Source: Candidatus Zapsychrus exili
GTDB lineage: Bacteria > Omnitrophota > Gorgyraeia > Zapsychrales > Zapsychraceae
Length of the DNA: 56,784 nucleotides
Assembly (NCBI GenBank): GCA_030765585.1
Contig: JAVCCJ010000020.1
Span: 1-56,784, forward strand
Reading direction: 5' to 3'
Below are positions 40,616-50,581 of this stretch, piece after piece. The notes below the pieces were generated by a model, which searched no databases, was not told the origin of the DNA, and was given only the letters and a program-made list of their open reading frames with translations. Numbering within the stretch: the first letter of the stretch is position 1; every line of letters begins with the position of its first letter. Made by a program: the position numbers and the translations under genes.

Positions 40616-41329
40616 GTGTCACAGGAATTAATAGTTTTATTAATTACAGCTGCATCAATAGGGTTTTTTCATACATTATTTGGTCCAGATCACTATGTCC
40701 CTTTTATTGTTATGTCAAAGGCTAAAAAATGGTCTTATTGGAAGACCTTTGGCATAACATTTTTATGTGGGCTAGGGCATGTTGGAAGCTCTATTGTTTT
40801 AGGAATTATAGGTGTATTGTTTGGAGTAGCTCTTCAACGTTTAGAATTTTTTGAGTCAGTAAGAGGAGGCTGGGCAGCTTGGGCTTTAATAGCTTTTGGT
40901 CTTGTTTATACAATTTATGGCATAAAGCAAGCTATTAAAAATAAACCGCACACACATCTGCATTTTCATCAAGATGGTGAGCCTCATGAGCATCAACATA
41001 CTCATAATGGCGGACATGTTCATGTTCATGAAGCTAATGAAAAGTTTAATTATGTTCCATGGGCGTTATTTGTTGTTTTTGTTTTGGGTCCATGCGAACC
41101 GCTTATACCAATTCTAATGTATCCAGCTCTAAAGAGTAGCTTTTCCGCAATGATTCTCGTCGCTGGAGTTTTTAGTTTAGCTACAATATCTACCATGTTA
41201 GGCATGGTATTGTTATGCTCATTTGGCATAAGTTTCTTGCCTATTAAGAGAATTGAAAAATATTCCCATGCCTTAGCTGGTCTTTCAATACTTGCTTGCG
41301 GCTGTGCTATACAATTCTTGGGATTATAG
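40616..41329 (+). CDS. His-rich nickel/cobalt transporter (NicO/RcnA/UreH-like)
   Basis: FFHTLFGPDH, GLGHV, HTHLHFH..HEHQHTH loop, GPCEP; precedes hypAB. Confidence 0.8.
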   Translation: MSQELIVLLITAASIGFFHTLFGPDHYVPFIVMSKAKKWSYWKTFGITFLCGLGHVGSSIVLGIIGVLFGVALQRLEFFESVRGGWAAWALIAFGLVYTIYGIKQAIKNKPHTHLHFHQDGEPHEHQHTHNGGHVHVHEANEKFNYVPWALFVVFVLGPCEPLIPILMYPALKSSFSAMILVAGVFSLATISTMLGMVLLCSFGISFLPIKRIEKYSHALAGLSILACGCAIQFLGL

Positions 41330-41337
41330 AGGTATTT

Positions 41338-41688
41338 ATGCATGAAATGTCAATAGCAGCTGAGATTTTAGATCAGGTTATAGAACAAGCTAAAGTGAAT
41401 AATTTGGTACGAGTGTCTGAAGTAACGCTTGAGGTAGGATTCTTAAAACAAGTTGTGCCAGAGTTGATGATAATAGCTTTTGAGTCTATAACTACGGATA
41501 CAATAGTGGAGAGGGCAAGGCTCAAGATAGTTGAGGTACCATCAATCGCAAAATGTAATGAGTGTTCTTACAGCTTTGAACCTAAAATAAATAATTTTTT
41601 ATGTCCTAAATGTGAACGTGCAGATGTCAATGTAATTTCCGGCAATGATATAATTTTAAAAGCTATATTTGGAGAGGTTAAAGAATAA
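41338..41688 (+). CDS. hypA: Hydrogenase nickel metallochaperone HypA
   Basis: MHEMSIA, CNEC..CPKC. Confidence 0.95.
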   Translation: MHEMSIAAEILDQVIEQAKVNNLVRVSEVTLEVGFLKQVVPELMIIAFESITTDTIVERARLKIVEVPSIAKCNECSYSFEPKINNFLCPKCERADVNVISGNDIILKAIFGEVKE

Positions 41689-41690
41689 TA

Positions 41691-42380
41691 ATGGCAAATA
41701 TCAGCGTAGTAACAAAAAAACGAATACTTGATACTAATGATCAAGAAGCGGCAAAGACAAGAGAGGCTTTTAAGGAAGCTGGGCTTTTTGCTGTTAATCT
41801 TATAAGTTCGCCTGGATCTGGAAAAACAACTCTTTTAGAGAAAACTATAGAAAAGTTAAATCCAGAGCAAAATTCTGCTGTTATAGTAGGGGATCTTGAA
41901 ACTAGTAGAGATGCCGAAAGGGTTGCTCCTTTTGCGAAAGAAGTTGTTCAGATAAATACTGGTTTAAGTTGCCATCTTTATGCAAATCAAATACAGGAAA
42001 GCCTAAAAGGCCTTAATTTAAGCGAAATTGACTTCTGTTTTATTGAAAATGTAGGAAACATGGTTTGTCCTGGCGAGTTTGATCTTGGCGAGAATGCAAA
42101 AATAATACTTTTAAGCACTCCAGAAGGCGATGATAAGGTCGCGAAATATCCTACTATTTTTAGAGCAGCCGATTTGGTGCTTTTGACCAAATGTGACCTT
42201 TTAAAAGTCCTTGATTTTAATATGGATAGAGTAAAAGAAGATATTTATAAACTTAATTCGAATGTTAAGATAATAGAGCTTTCTTCATTATCTGGCCAAG
42301 GCATGGAGGAGTGGTTAAGCTGGCTAAAAGACAATCGTACCTCTTTTATTGGCGCAAAAGCCAAATTTGTCACAGAATAG
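41691..42380 (+). CDS. hypB: Hydrogenase nickel incorporation GTPase HypB
   Basis: SSPGSGKTT, CHL, ENVGNMVCP, EGDDK..KYP, TKCD. Confidence 0.96.
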   Translation: MANISVVTKKRILDTNDQEAAKTREAFKEAGLFAVNLISSPGSGKTTLLEKTIEKLNPEQNSAVIVGDLETSRDAERVAPFAKEVVQINTGLSCHLYANQIQESLKGLNLSEIDFCFIENVGNMVCPGEFDLGENAKIILLSTPEGDDKVAKYPTIFRAADLVLLTKCDLLKVLDFNMDRVKEDIYKLNSNVKIIELSSLSGQGMEEWLSWLKDNRTSFIGAKAKFVTE

Positions 42381-42393
42381 TTGTATTTATATA

Positions 42394-42422
42394 TTGACAT
42401 CATTTGGCGTTGGTTCTATAAT
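42394..42422 (+). promoter_or_regulatory. Consensus sigma70 promoter for the CBS-hox operon
   Basis: TTGACA-17 nt-TATAAT exact consensus. Confidence 0.8.
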
Positions 42423-42475
42423 CCATTCTTTAACAAATATAATATTATATCATCTTTCAAGAGGAGAAAAATGCT

Positions 42476-42922
42476 ATGACAACAGTTAAGCGGCTTTTAG
42501 AGAAAAAAGGAAATAATATTTATAAGGTATCTCCCGATACTACTGTTTTTGATGCGTTAAGTCTTATGGCAGAAGAAGATGTTGGAGTTTTGTTGGTTAC
42601 TGAAAACGAAGCACTTGTTGGTATCTTTTCAGAAAGAGACTACGCTCGCAAACTCGCCCTAGAAGGTAAAGATTCCAAAGAAACCAAAATTTCAGAGCTT
42701 ATGAGTACAGATGTTTTGTGTATTAGTTTAGACAAAACAATGCAGGAATGTATGGCTCTTATGTCAAACAAACATATTCGTCATTTGCCTGTTATAGATG
42801 AAGAGAAGGTAATTGGTTTAATTTCTATGCGTGACGTTGTTACAGAGGTTATTTCTGAACAAGAATTTGAAATAAACGAATTAGGTAAGTATATATCAGG
42901 TAGAATTTATAGCGCACAATAA
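42476..42922 (+). CDS. Tandem CBS-domain protein
   Basis: LVGIFSERDYARK, IRHLPV, GLISMRDVV. Confidence 0.92.
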   Translation: MTTVKRLLEKKGNNIYKVSPDTTVFDALSLMAEEDVGVLLVTENEALVGIFSERDYARKLALEGKDSKETKISELMSTDVLCISLDKTMQECMALMSNKHIRHLPVIDEEKVIGLISMRDVVTEVISEQEFEINELGKYISGRIYSAQ

Positions 42923-42943
42923 TTAAAAGAAAAAAGGTAATAT

Positions 42944-44755
42944 ATGAACGATAAAATTATTAGTCAAGTTTGCAGTACTTACAATAATAATAAAACCAGA
43001 ATGATGGACATCGTAACCACGCTAAACAAACAATTAGGTGGCATTGATGATGAATCAATAGATTTAATAGCAAAAGCAACAGGATCCCCAAGAGTTTTGG
43101 TTGAAAGTACAATTTCATTTTACTCATTTTTATCAAAAGACAAAAAAGGTGATGTAGTTGTCCGACTTTGTAATGATGTTGTTGATAATATGCAAGGGGC
43201 TAAAGAGATCAAAGAAGTATTTGAGCAAGAGTTAGGTATCAAATGCGGAGAAACAACAGAAGACGGAAAAGTTACTTTAGAAGAGACTCCTTGTATTGGA
43301 ATGTGTGATCAAGCACCTGCAGCCTTGATAAACGAAACAGTAGTAACTAGCCTAACTAAAGATAAAGCAAAACAAGTTGCACAAGACTTAAAAGGTGGAG
43401 CTGCTGCAGAGACTTTAGTAAAAGATCTCGGCGACGGTAACAATGCGAATGACTTAGTTAAGTCAATGGTAAATAATAACGTTAAGAAAAAAGGTGAGGT
43501 TATTTTTGCTGATAGAGAAGATAATGTTGGTTTAAAAGCTGCGATTGAGAAGACTCCAGAAAGTATTATTGAAGACTTAAAGATATCAAAACTTCGTGGT
43601 CGTGGAGGAGCAGGTTTTCCAACAGGACTTAAATGGGCGTTTACAAGATCGGCAGATGGAGACAATAAAACAGTTATTTGTAATGCTGATGAGGGGGAAC
43701 CGGGAACATTTAAAGATAGAGTTATTTTAACTGAAGAATGTAATCTTCTTTTTGAAGGAATGACAATCGGCGGATATGTTATTGGTGCAGAAACTGGAAT
43801 TATTTATCTTAGAGGTGAATACGCATATTTGAAAGTATTCTTAGAAGATGCTTTAGACAAAAGAAGAGAAGCAAATCTTTTAGGTAAAAATATATTAGGA
43901 AAAGACGGTTTTAATTTTGATATTCGTATCCAGCTTGGCGCAGGAGCTTATATTTGTGGAGAAGAGTCTTCTCTTATAAGTTCATGTGAAGGGTTAAGAG
44001 GCGATCCAAAAACAAGACCACCTTTCCCAGCACAAAAAGGATATTTGCAAACACCAACAGCTGTTAACAATGTTGAGACATTTTGTTCTGTAGCTCGCAT
44101 TTTAGAAAAAGGCGGAGTTTGGTTTGCTGAAATTGGAACAGAAGCAAGTCCAGGAACAAAGCTTTTGAGTATCTCAGGTGATTGTGATAATCCTGGTGTT
44201 TATGAGTTTGAGTTTGGTGTAACAATAAATGATATGTTGTCCGAATCAGGCGCAAAAGATACAAAGGCAGTTTTGGTTGGTGGACCTTCTGGTCAAATAA
44301 TAGGCAAAGACGATTTTGATAAAGCAATTTGTTACGACGATTTAGCTACAGGTGGTGCAATTGTTGTGTTTAATTCAACAAGAGATATTTTAAAAATCGC
44401 TTTAGAATATATGGAATTCTTTGTTGAAGAAAGTTGTGGTTATTGTACCCCTTGTCGTGCAGGTAATGTTCTACTTCGCAATTGTTTAGAGAATATTGTA
44501 GAAGGTAAAGGGCAAACTACTGATCTTAAATATTTAGAAGAATTAGGAGAAAGTGTTCAATTTTCTAGTCGTTGTGGTTTAGGTCAAACGTCACCAAATC
44601 CAATCCTCTCTACTTTAAAAAACTTTAAAGCAGATTATGAAGCTCTTGTTAAAGAAGATGACGGGTTTAATCCCGCATTTGATATAAATAAAGCACTAAG
44701 CGTCGCTGAAGATATTCAAGGAAGAAAATCAGTGATCTTTAACGAAAACCACTAA
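42944..44755 (+). CDS. hoxF: NAD-coupled [NiFe]-hydrogenase diaphorase large subunit (NuoE/F-like fusion)
   Basis: GRGGAGFPTGLKW, NADEGEPGTFKDR, GAGAYICGEE, SCGYCTPCR, CGLG. Confidence 0.93.
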   Translation: MNDKIISQVCSTYNNNKTRMMDIVTTLNKQLGGIDDESIDLIAKATGSPRVLVESTISFYSFLSKDKKGDVVVRLCNDVVDNMQGAKEIKEVFEQELGIKCGETTEDGKVTLEETPCIGMCDQAPAALINETVVTSLTKDKAKQVAQDLKGGAAAETLVKDLGDGNNANDLVKSMVNNNVKKKGEVIFADREDNVGLKAAIEKTPESIIEDLKISKLRGRGGAGFPTGLKWAFTRSADGDNKTVICNADEGEPGTFKDRVILTEECNLLFEGMTIGGYVIGAETGIIYLRGEYAYLKVFLEDALDKRREANLLGKNILGKDGFNFDIRIQLGAGAYICGEESSLISSCEGLRGDPKTRPPFPAQKGYLQTPTAVNNVETFCSVARILEKGGVWFAEIGTEASPGTKLLSISGDCDNPGVYEFEFGVTINDMLSESGAKDTKAVLVGGPSGQIIGKDDFDKAICYDDLATGGAIVVFNSTRDILKIALEYMEFFVEESCGYCTPCRAGNVLLRNCLENIVEGKGQTTDLKYLEELGESVQFSSRCGLGQTSPNPILSTLKNFKADYEALVKEDDGFNPAFDINKALSVAEDIQGRKSVIFNENH

Positions 44756-44773
44756 TAAAAGAAGAACAATATC

Positions 44774-45478
44774 ATGTCAGAAAAAACAATAAAGTTTAAA
44801 ATTGACGGAAAAGAAATCCAAGGCAAAGTAGGCCAGACTATTTTAGAGGCCGCAGAAGAAGCTGGAATTTATATTCCTAGGCTTTGTCATTTAAAAGGAA
44901 TTACTCCTCACGGCAGTTGTCGCGTTTGTACGGTCAAAGTCAACGGTCGTCCACAGACAGCTTGCACTCAACCTGTTGTAGAAGGAATTGAAGTAGAGAA
45001 TGACACAGAAGAGATTACTGAACACAGAAAGAACATTATTGACATGTTGTTTGTTGAGGGAAATCATTTCTGTATGTTTTGCCAGAAGAGTGGTAATTGC
45101 GAACTTCAAGCACTTGCTTACAGATTTGGAATTCTAGCTCCTAAATATCCTTACCAATTTCCAAAACGAGAACTAGACGCAACTCACCCAGATATTTTTA
45201 TTGATAAAAATTGTTGTATTTTGTGTGGCAGATGCGTTCAAACATCTAAAGATATTGACGGTAAGAATGTATTTGAGTTTGTTGGTAGAGGGCCAGAGAA
45301 ACAATTAGCGGTTAATTCAAAAGCAAACTTGGCTGGCACTGACATTTCTGTGACCGATAAGGCAGCAGAGGCTTGTCCGGTTGGCGCAATTATAAAGAAA
45401 CAGGAAGGCTACGCTGTTCCTGTAGGCAAACGCCTTTACGACATAAAGCCAATTGGCTCTGAAATAGAAAATAAATAA
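44774..45478 (+). CDS. hoxU: Diaphorase Fe-S subunit
   Basis: IPRLC..GSCRVC, HFCMFC..GNCELQ, CILCGRCV, CPVGAI. Confidence 0.93.
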   Translation: MSEKTIKFKIDGKEIQGKVGQTILEAAEEAGIYIPRLCHLKGITPHGSCRVCTVKVNGRPQTACTQPVVEGIEVENDTEEITEHRKNIIDMLFVEGNHFCMFCQKSGNCELQALAYRFGILAPKYPYQFPKRELDATHPDIFIDKNCCILCGRCVQTSKDIDGKNVFEFVGRGPEKQLAVNSKANLAGTDISVTDKAAEACPVGAIIKKQEGYAVPVGKRLYDIKPIGSEIENK

Positions 45479-45510
45479 AATAGAAAACAGTAAAGAGAAT
45501 AGAGATAACC

Positions 45511-46056
45511 ATGACTAAACCAAAAATAGCAACAACATCACTCGCAGGTTGTTTTGGATGCCACATGTCAATTTTAGATATTGACGAGCGTATTTTACAG
45601 CTTGTTGAATTAGTAGATTTTGACAAATCTCCGGTCGATGATATTAAAAAGTTTACAGGTAGATGTTTAGTAGGGATTATTGAAGGCGGCTGTTGTAATG
45701 AAGATAATGTGCACGTTTTAAAATATTTCAGAGAAAATTGTGACGTGCTTATTGCTCTTGGCGATTGCGCTATAAACGGATGTATTCCTTCAATGAGAAA
45801 TGAAATTCCTTTAAAAGAGTGTTTTGATGAAGCTTATAAAGACGGTCCTACGGTTTATAATCCAGAAGGAATTATTCCTAATGATCCTGAAATCCCACTT
45901 GTATTAGATAGAGTTTATCCTTGTAGCGAAGTGGTTAAAATTGATTATCATCTTCCTGGTTGTCCGCCAAACGCAGACATAATCTGGGAAGCTTTAGTTG
46001 CATTATTAAATAATAAACCATTAGACTTGCCGTATGAATTAGTGAAATACGATTAG
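45511..46056 (+). CDS. hoxY: [NiFe]-hydrogenase small subunit
   Basis: GCFGCHMS, GDCA, PGCPP. Confidence 0.93.
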   Translation: MTKPKIATTSLAGCFGCHMSILDIDERILQLVELVDFDKSPVDDIKKFTGRCLVGIIEGGCCNEDNVHVLKYFRENCDVLIALGDCAINGCIPSMRNEIPLKECFDEAYKDGPTVYNPEGIIPNDPEIPLVLDRVYPCSEVVKIDYHLPGCPPNADIIWEALVALLNNKPLDLPYELVKYD

Positions 46057-46072
46057 TACTTAAGGAGATATC

Positions 46073-47512
46073 GTGAGTAATGAGAATTTAAAAAGAGTAG
46101 TTATAGAGCCAGTAACGAGAGTTGAAGGCCACGGAAAAGTATCTTTGTTGCTTGATAAAGATAATCAAGTAAAACAAGCGAGACTTCACATTGTTGAGTT
46201 CCGTGGATTTGAAAGATTTATTCAAGGTCGCCCTTATTGGGAAGCACCTGTTATAGTTCAAAGACTTTGCGGAATTTGTCCTGTTAGCCATCACTTGGCG
46301 GCTGCAAAGGCAATGGATGTTATCGTCGGAGCTGACAAACTTACTCCAACAGCTGAAAAAATGCGTCGCTTAATGCATTACGGACAAACATTTCAGTCTC
46401 ATGTACTTCATTTTTTTCATTTATGCTCACCAGATTTGCTTTTCGGTTTTGATGCAGACCCTGCGATAAGAAATGTTATTGGAATTATTAAAAAATATCC
46501 TGAACTTGCTAAGCAAGGCGTTTTGATGCGTAAATATGGTCAAGAGATTATCAAAGCAACAGCAGGTAAAAAGATACATGGTACGGGCGCTATTCCAGGC
46601 GGCGTAAATAAAAATCTTTCAATTGAAGAAAGAGATGTATTTTTAAAAGACATTGAGCAAATGGTAGAGTGGGCTAAGGGCGCACTTAAAATTGCAAAAG
46701 ATTACACAGTTGAAAATCTTGATAGCATTGCAAGTTTTGGATCTTTTGACTCAAGCCATTTAAGTATTGTAAGAGAAGACGGAGCATTAGATCTTTATAA
46801 TGGCGGTCTTCGCGCAATAACTAAAGACGGAGAAAAGATTTTTGATCATTTTAATAATCAAAAATATCACGAGCAAATAGCAGAAGAAGTTAAATCTTGG
46901 TCATATATGAAGTTCCCATTTATTAAATCTATTGGACCAGAAAACGGTTGGTACAGAGTAGGTCCTCTTGCAAGAATTAATGCCTGCGACTTTATTGATA
47001 CTCCATTAGCTGAAGCAGAACGTGCTGAATTTATGGCAATAACGGAGGGCAAGCCAAACAATATCACAATGGCATATCATTGGACAAGAATGATAGAAAC
47101 ATTGCATTCAATAGAGAAAATAAGAGATCTTCTTAATGATGAAGATCTTCAAGGAACTGATTTAGTAGTGAAAGGTAAAAGACGCGAAGAAGGCGTTGGT
47201 ATCATAGAAGCTCCTCGTGGAACACTTTTCCATCATTACAAAGTTGACGAAAAAGATCAGATTACAATGTGTAATTTAATTGTTTCAACGACCAGCAATA
47301 ACATTCCAATGAATACAGCGGTCGAGCGTGTTGCTCAAGAATATATAAGCGGTAAGCCAGAGATTACAGAAGGCTTGCTTAATCGCATTGAAGTTGCTAT
47401 TCGTGCATATGATCCATGTTTATCGTGTGCTACACATGCTATGGGACAAATGCCTTTGATCGTAAGCATGTTTGATTATGAAGGTAAATTGATCGATAAA
47501 AAAGCTAAATGA
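46073..47512 (+). CDS. hoxH: [NiFe]-hydrogenase large subunit (group 3d)
   Basis: TRVEGHG, RLCGICPVSH (L1), EAPRGTL, RAYDPCLSCATH (L2) with C-terminal extension. Confidence 0.95.
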   Translation: MSNENLKRVVIEPVTRVEGHGKVSLLLDKDNQVKQARLHIVEFRGFERFIQGRPYWEAPVIVQRLCGICPVSHHLAAAKAMDVIVGADKLTPTAEKMRRLMHYGQTFQSHVLHFFHLCSPDLLFGFDADPAIRNVIGIIKKYPELAKQGVLMRKYGQEIIKATAGKKIHGTGAIPGGVNKNLSIEERDVFLKDIEQMVEWAKGALKIAKDYTVENLDSIASFGSFDSSHLSIVREDGALDLYNGGLRAITKDGEKIFDHFNNQKYHEQIAEEVKSWSYMKFPFIKSIGPENGWYRVGPLARINACDFIDTPLAEAERAEFMAITEGKPNNITMAYHWTRMIETLHSIEKIRDLLNDEDLQGTDLVVKGKRREEGVGIIEAPRGTLFHHYKVDEKDQITMCNLIVSTTSNNIPMNTAVERVAQEYISGKPEITEGLLNRIEVAIRAYDPCLSCATHAMGQMPLIVSMFDYEGKLIDKKAK

Positions 47513-47982
47513 CCTCCTCACCGAAAAAAGTTCTTCTTATAGGATTTGGTAATCCTGGAAGATTAGATGATGGTTTAGGACCTGCGCTAGCAGAAGCTAT
47601 AGAAAATTTAAATCTTCTAGGAGTTACCGTAGATTCAGATTACCAACTTACTGTAGAAGACGCATCCCAAATTTCAGAACATAATGTAGTGATTTTCGCT
47701 GATGCCTCGACGAATTGCGATGAGCCTTATATCTTTAGAGAAATCAAGCCAAAGACAGATATCAGCTTTAGTTCACACAGTATAAGCCCTGAGAATGTTT
47801 TAGGTTTATCAGAAGAGCTTTTTGCAGCTAAGACACAAGGTTTTGTGCTCGAGATAAGAGGTTATGATTTTAACGAATTCGGTCAAAAATTATCAAGCAA
47901 GGCGCAAGACAATCTAATTGACGCAGTCGAGTTTGTTAAGGCGAAGCTTGTCGAACTAACAAAAGAAAATGATAAATCTTAA
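47509..47982 (+). CDS. hoxW: Hydrogenase maturation protease
   Basis: IGFGNPGRLDDGLG, QLTVE, VIFADA, FSSH. Confidence 0.9.
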   Translation: MTSSPKKVLLIGFGNPGRLDDGLGPALAEAIENLNLLGVTVDSDYQLTVEDASQISEHNVVIFADASTNCDEPYIFREIKPKTDISFSSHSISPENVLGLSEELFAAKTQGFVLEIRGYDFNEFGQKLSSKAQDNLIDAVEFVKAKLVELTKENDKS

Positions 47983-48081
47983 ATGACAAAATCCAAATAA
48001 AATCTAAATGACAAAATCTAAATAGTTTTTGCATTGGGCATTTGACATTAATTTGTTATTTGCCATTTTTAATTTGATATT
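47967..48081. repeat. Degenerate heptamer-repeat element with inverted arms
   Basis: TAAATGACAAAATCYAAATA twice (47980, 48005), then complementary-type units TTTGACA/TTTGTTA/TTTGCCA/TTTGATA. Confidence 0.6.
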
Positions 48082-48117
48082 CTGCTTTAATTCAATTAAT
48101 TAAGCAGTTTCCTTTCC

Positions 48118-50454
48118 ATGATAGATATACATCCAAACAACTTTAAACGTATTAGCCTCCAAATTGAGGGACAAGTACAGGGCGTGGGCTTTCGTCCATT
48201 TATTTATAACTTAGCGAAAGAGCTTAAGCTGCACGGTTGGGTTTTAAATTCGTCAGCAGGTATTGTAATAGAAGCCGAAGGGATGTTGCATAAAATAGAA
48301 GAGTTTTTGATTAGAATAAAACAAGACAAGCCAGTTAATTCAAAAATACATAGTTTTAAATATGTTTATCTTGATGTTGCCGGATACAAAGATTTTAAAA
48401 TAGATACATCTAATAGCTCAGAGGCAAAAACAACAATAATTTTACCAGACATCGCAACTTGCCCTGAATGCCAAGAAGAGTTTTTTAATCCAGACAATCG
48501 TCGCTATCTTTATCCGTTCACTAATTGTACACACTGCGGTCCACGTTATTCTATAATTGAGGTGCTTCCCTATGATAGGTCAAACACGTCGATGAAAATT
48601 TTTAAGATGTGTCAGGAGTGCGAGCAAGAATATGACGATCCTACAAACCGACGCTTCCATGCTCAGCCAAATGCTTGTAATAAATGTGGACCACAAATAG
48701 TACTCTGGAATAAAAAAGGAGAAGTCTTAAGTTCTAAAGCCCAAGCAATTAATGATACCGTTTCAGCTATTAATGAAGGCAAGATTGTCGCTGTTAAAGG
48801 TTTAGGTGGATTTCATTTGGTTGTTGGTGCAGAAAATATAGACGCAATCTTTCTTTTAAGAGAACGAAAGAACAGAGAAGAGAAACCATTTGCATTGATG
48901 TATCCAAACATAGATTTGATAAAACAAGATTGTTTTGTTTCTAGAAAAGAAGAAGAACTTTTGCTTTCTGTCGAGGCAACAATAGTTATTTTAAAGAAAA
49001 AAGATAATGCCGCATCTAAAGAAGTAGTTGCTCCAAACAATCCTTATTTAGGCATAATGTTGCCGTATACTCCGCTACATCATATTTTACTTAAAAGTTT
49101 AAACAAACCGATTGTTGCGACAAGCGCTAATCTTGCAGATGAGCCAATTTGTATTGATGAACATGAAGCTTTAGCTCGATTAGAAAATATAGCTGATTTA
49201 TTTTTAGTTCATAACAGAACAATCGTTCATCACGCAGATGATTCGATTGTGCGTGTTGTCGCCGCTCGCCCACTTGTTTTAAGACGTGCTCGCGGGTACG
49301 CTCCTTTAGGAATTCACTTAAAGACTAAAGTAGATACAGTGCTCGCCGTAGGTCCACATTTAAAAAATACAGTAGCATTAGCAGTTTCAGATAACGTTTT
49401 TATAAGCCAGCATTTAGGCGATCTTGAAACAAAGCAGTCGCTTGATGTTTTTAAGAAAACGATAAATGATTTAACAACACTTTATGAAGCGACCCCAACA
49501 AAGATAGCGCATGACGCACACCCTGAGTATTTATCAACTAAGGAGGCGCTAAAGGATGATTGGTCTGATAAGATTCTTGCCTTCGCAGGAATGACAGTAA
49601 AAAAAGTAGCTGTTCAGCATCATCATGCGCACATTGTCTCTTGTATGTCAGAAAATCACGTCGACGATACTGTGCTTGGTATTTCTTTTGACGGCACAGG
49701 TTTTGGCCCAGATGAAACTATTTGGGGAGGAGAGTTTTTGATATCGACTTTAAGCGACTTTAAGCGCGTAGGTCATATTAAAACTTTTGTTTTACCTGGT
49801 GGCGAGACTGCAATTAAAGAACCAAGGCGTTCTGCCTTAGGATTGCTTTATTCTATTTTTGAAAAAGACGCTTTTGATTTGACCAATACTAAAACTTTAC
49901 AGGCTTTTAGCAAAGAAGAGTTAGATAATATTAAAATAGCTTTCGAAAAAAAAATAAATTCGCCTGTTACATCAAGTGCGGGACGTTTGTTTGATGCGGT
50001 TGCATCAATAGTTGGTTTAAGGCAAGTTATTCGTTATGAAGGTCAGGCTGCAATGGAGTTGGAATACGTTTTAAATGAAACTGAAATAGGGCAATATGAC
50101 TTTTCAATTATAAAAGAAAACGATACTTTTGTTATAGATTTTGATCAAATGATTAAAGGAATTATAGAGGACGTAGACGCAAAAGTAGGCGTTGACATTA
50201 TCTCTATCAAGTTTCATAATACGCTAATTAATTCTGCTGTCGAGGTAGCGAAGTCCGTCCCTGACTGGGGGCTGTCTCAAAAGACAAAGAAGGTTGTTTT
50301 AAGCGGCGGCTGTTTTCAGAATAAATATTTAACAGAGAATTTAATTGATAAGTTGCAATCAGAAGGTTTCCAAGTTTATTGGCATCAAAGTGTTCCACCA
50401 AATGATGGCGGAATTTCACTTGGTCAAGCCATCGTTGCTGCGCAACGTAAGTAA
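48118..50454 (+). CDS. hypF: Carbamoyltransferase HypF
   Basis: GQVQGVGFRPF, two zinc fingers, RRFHAQP, KGLGGFHL, QHHHAH, LSGGCFQN, NDGGISLGQ. Confidence 0.97.
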   Translation: MIDIHPNNFKRISLQIEGQVQGVGFRPFIYNLAKELKLHGWVLNSSAGIVIEAEGMLHKIEEFLIRIKQDKPVNSKIHSFKYVYLDVAGYKDFKIDTSNSSEAKTTIILPDIATCPECQEEFFNPDNRRYLYPFTNCTHCGPRYSIIEVLPYDRSNTSMKIFKMCQECEQEYDDPTNRRFHAQPNACNKCGPQIVLWNKKGEVLSSKAQAINDTVSAINEGKIVAVKGLGGFHLVVGAENIDAIFLLRERKNREEKPFALMYPNIDLIKQDCFVSRKEEELLLSVEATIVILKKKDNAASKEVVAPNNPYLGIMLPYTPLHHILLKSLNKPIVATSANLADEPICIDEHEALARLENIADLFLVHNRTIVHHADDSIVRVVAARPLVLRRARGYAPLGIHLKTKVDTVLAVGPHLKNTVALAVSDNVFISQHLGDLETKQSLDVFKKTINDLTTLYEATPTKIAHDAHPEYLSTKEALKDDWSDKILAFAGMTVKKVAVQHHHAHIVSCMSENHVDDTVLGISFDGTGFGPDETIWGGEFLISTLSDFKRVGHIKTFVLPGGETAIKEPRRSALGLLYSIFEKDAFDLTNTKTLQAFSKEELDNIKIAFEKKINSPVTSSAGRLFDAVASIVGLRQVIRYEGQAAMELEYVLNETEIGQYDFSIIKENDTFVIDFDQMIKGIIEDVDAKVGVDIISIKFHNTLINSAVEVAKSVPDWGLSQKTKKVVLSGGCFQNKYLTENLIDKLQSEGFQVYWHQSVPPNDGGISLGQAIVAAQRK
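49572..49596 (-). repeat. REP-like palindrome arm embedded in frame within hypF
   Basis: GATTCTTGCCTTCGCAGGAATGACA; reverse complement matches intergenic 56020-56044 at 23/25. Confidence 0.7.
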
Positions 50455-50474
50455 AAAGGCAAAAGGTAAACTTT

Positions 50475-50546
50475 TGTCATTGCGAGCATAAGCGAAGCAA
50501 TCTCTTAAATAGATTGCCGCGTCGCCTACGGCTCCTCGCAATGACA
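50475..50546. repeat. Complete GTCATTGCGAG...CTCGCAATGAC palindromic element (RPE/REP-like)
   Basis: 12-bp terminal inverted repeat TGTCATTGCGAG/CTCGCAATGACA with inner GCAATCT/AGATTGC; its right half recurs at 51941, 53416 and inverted at 56513-56548. Confidence 0.85.
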
Positions 50547-50581
50547 GCTTAATTTTTACCTTTAAAACGGAGTTTTAAATT

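Noticed and set aside
46073..47512. Selenocysteine in the hydrogenase large subunit
   Set aside because: L2 motif is DPCLSC with Cys codons and no in-frame TGA
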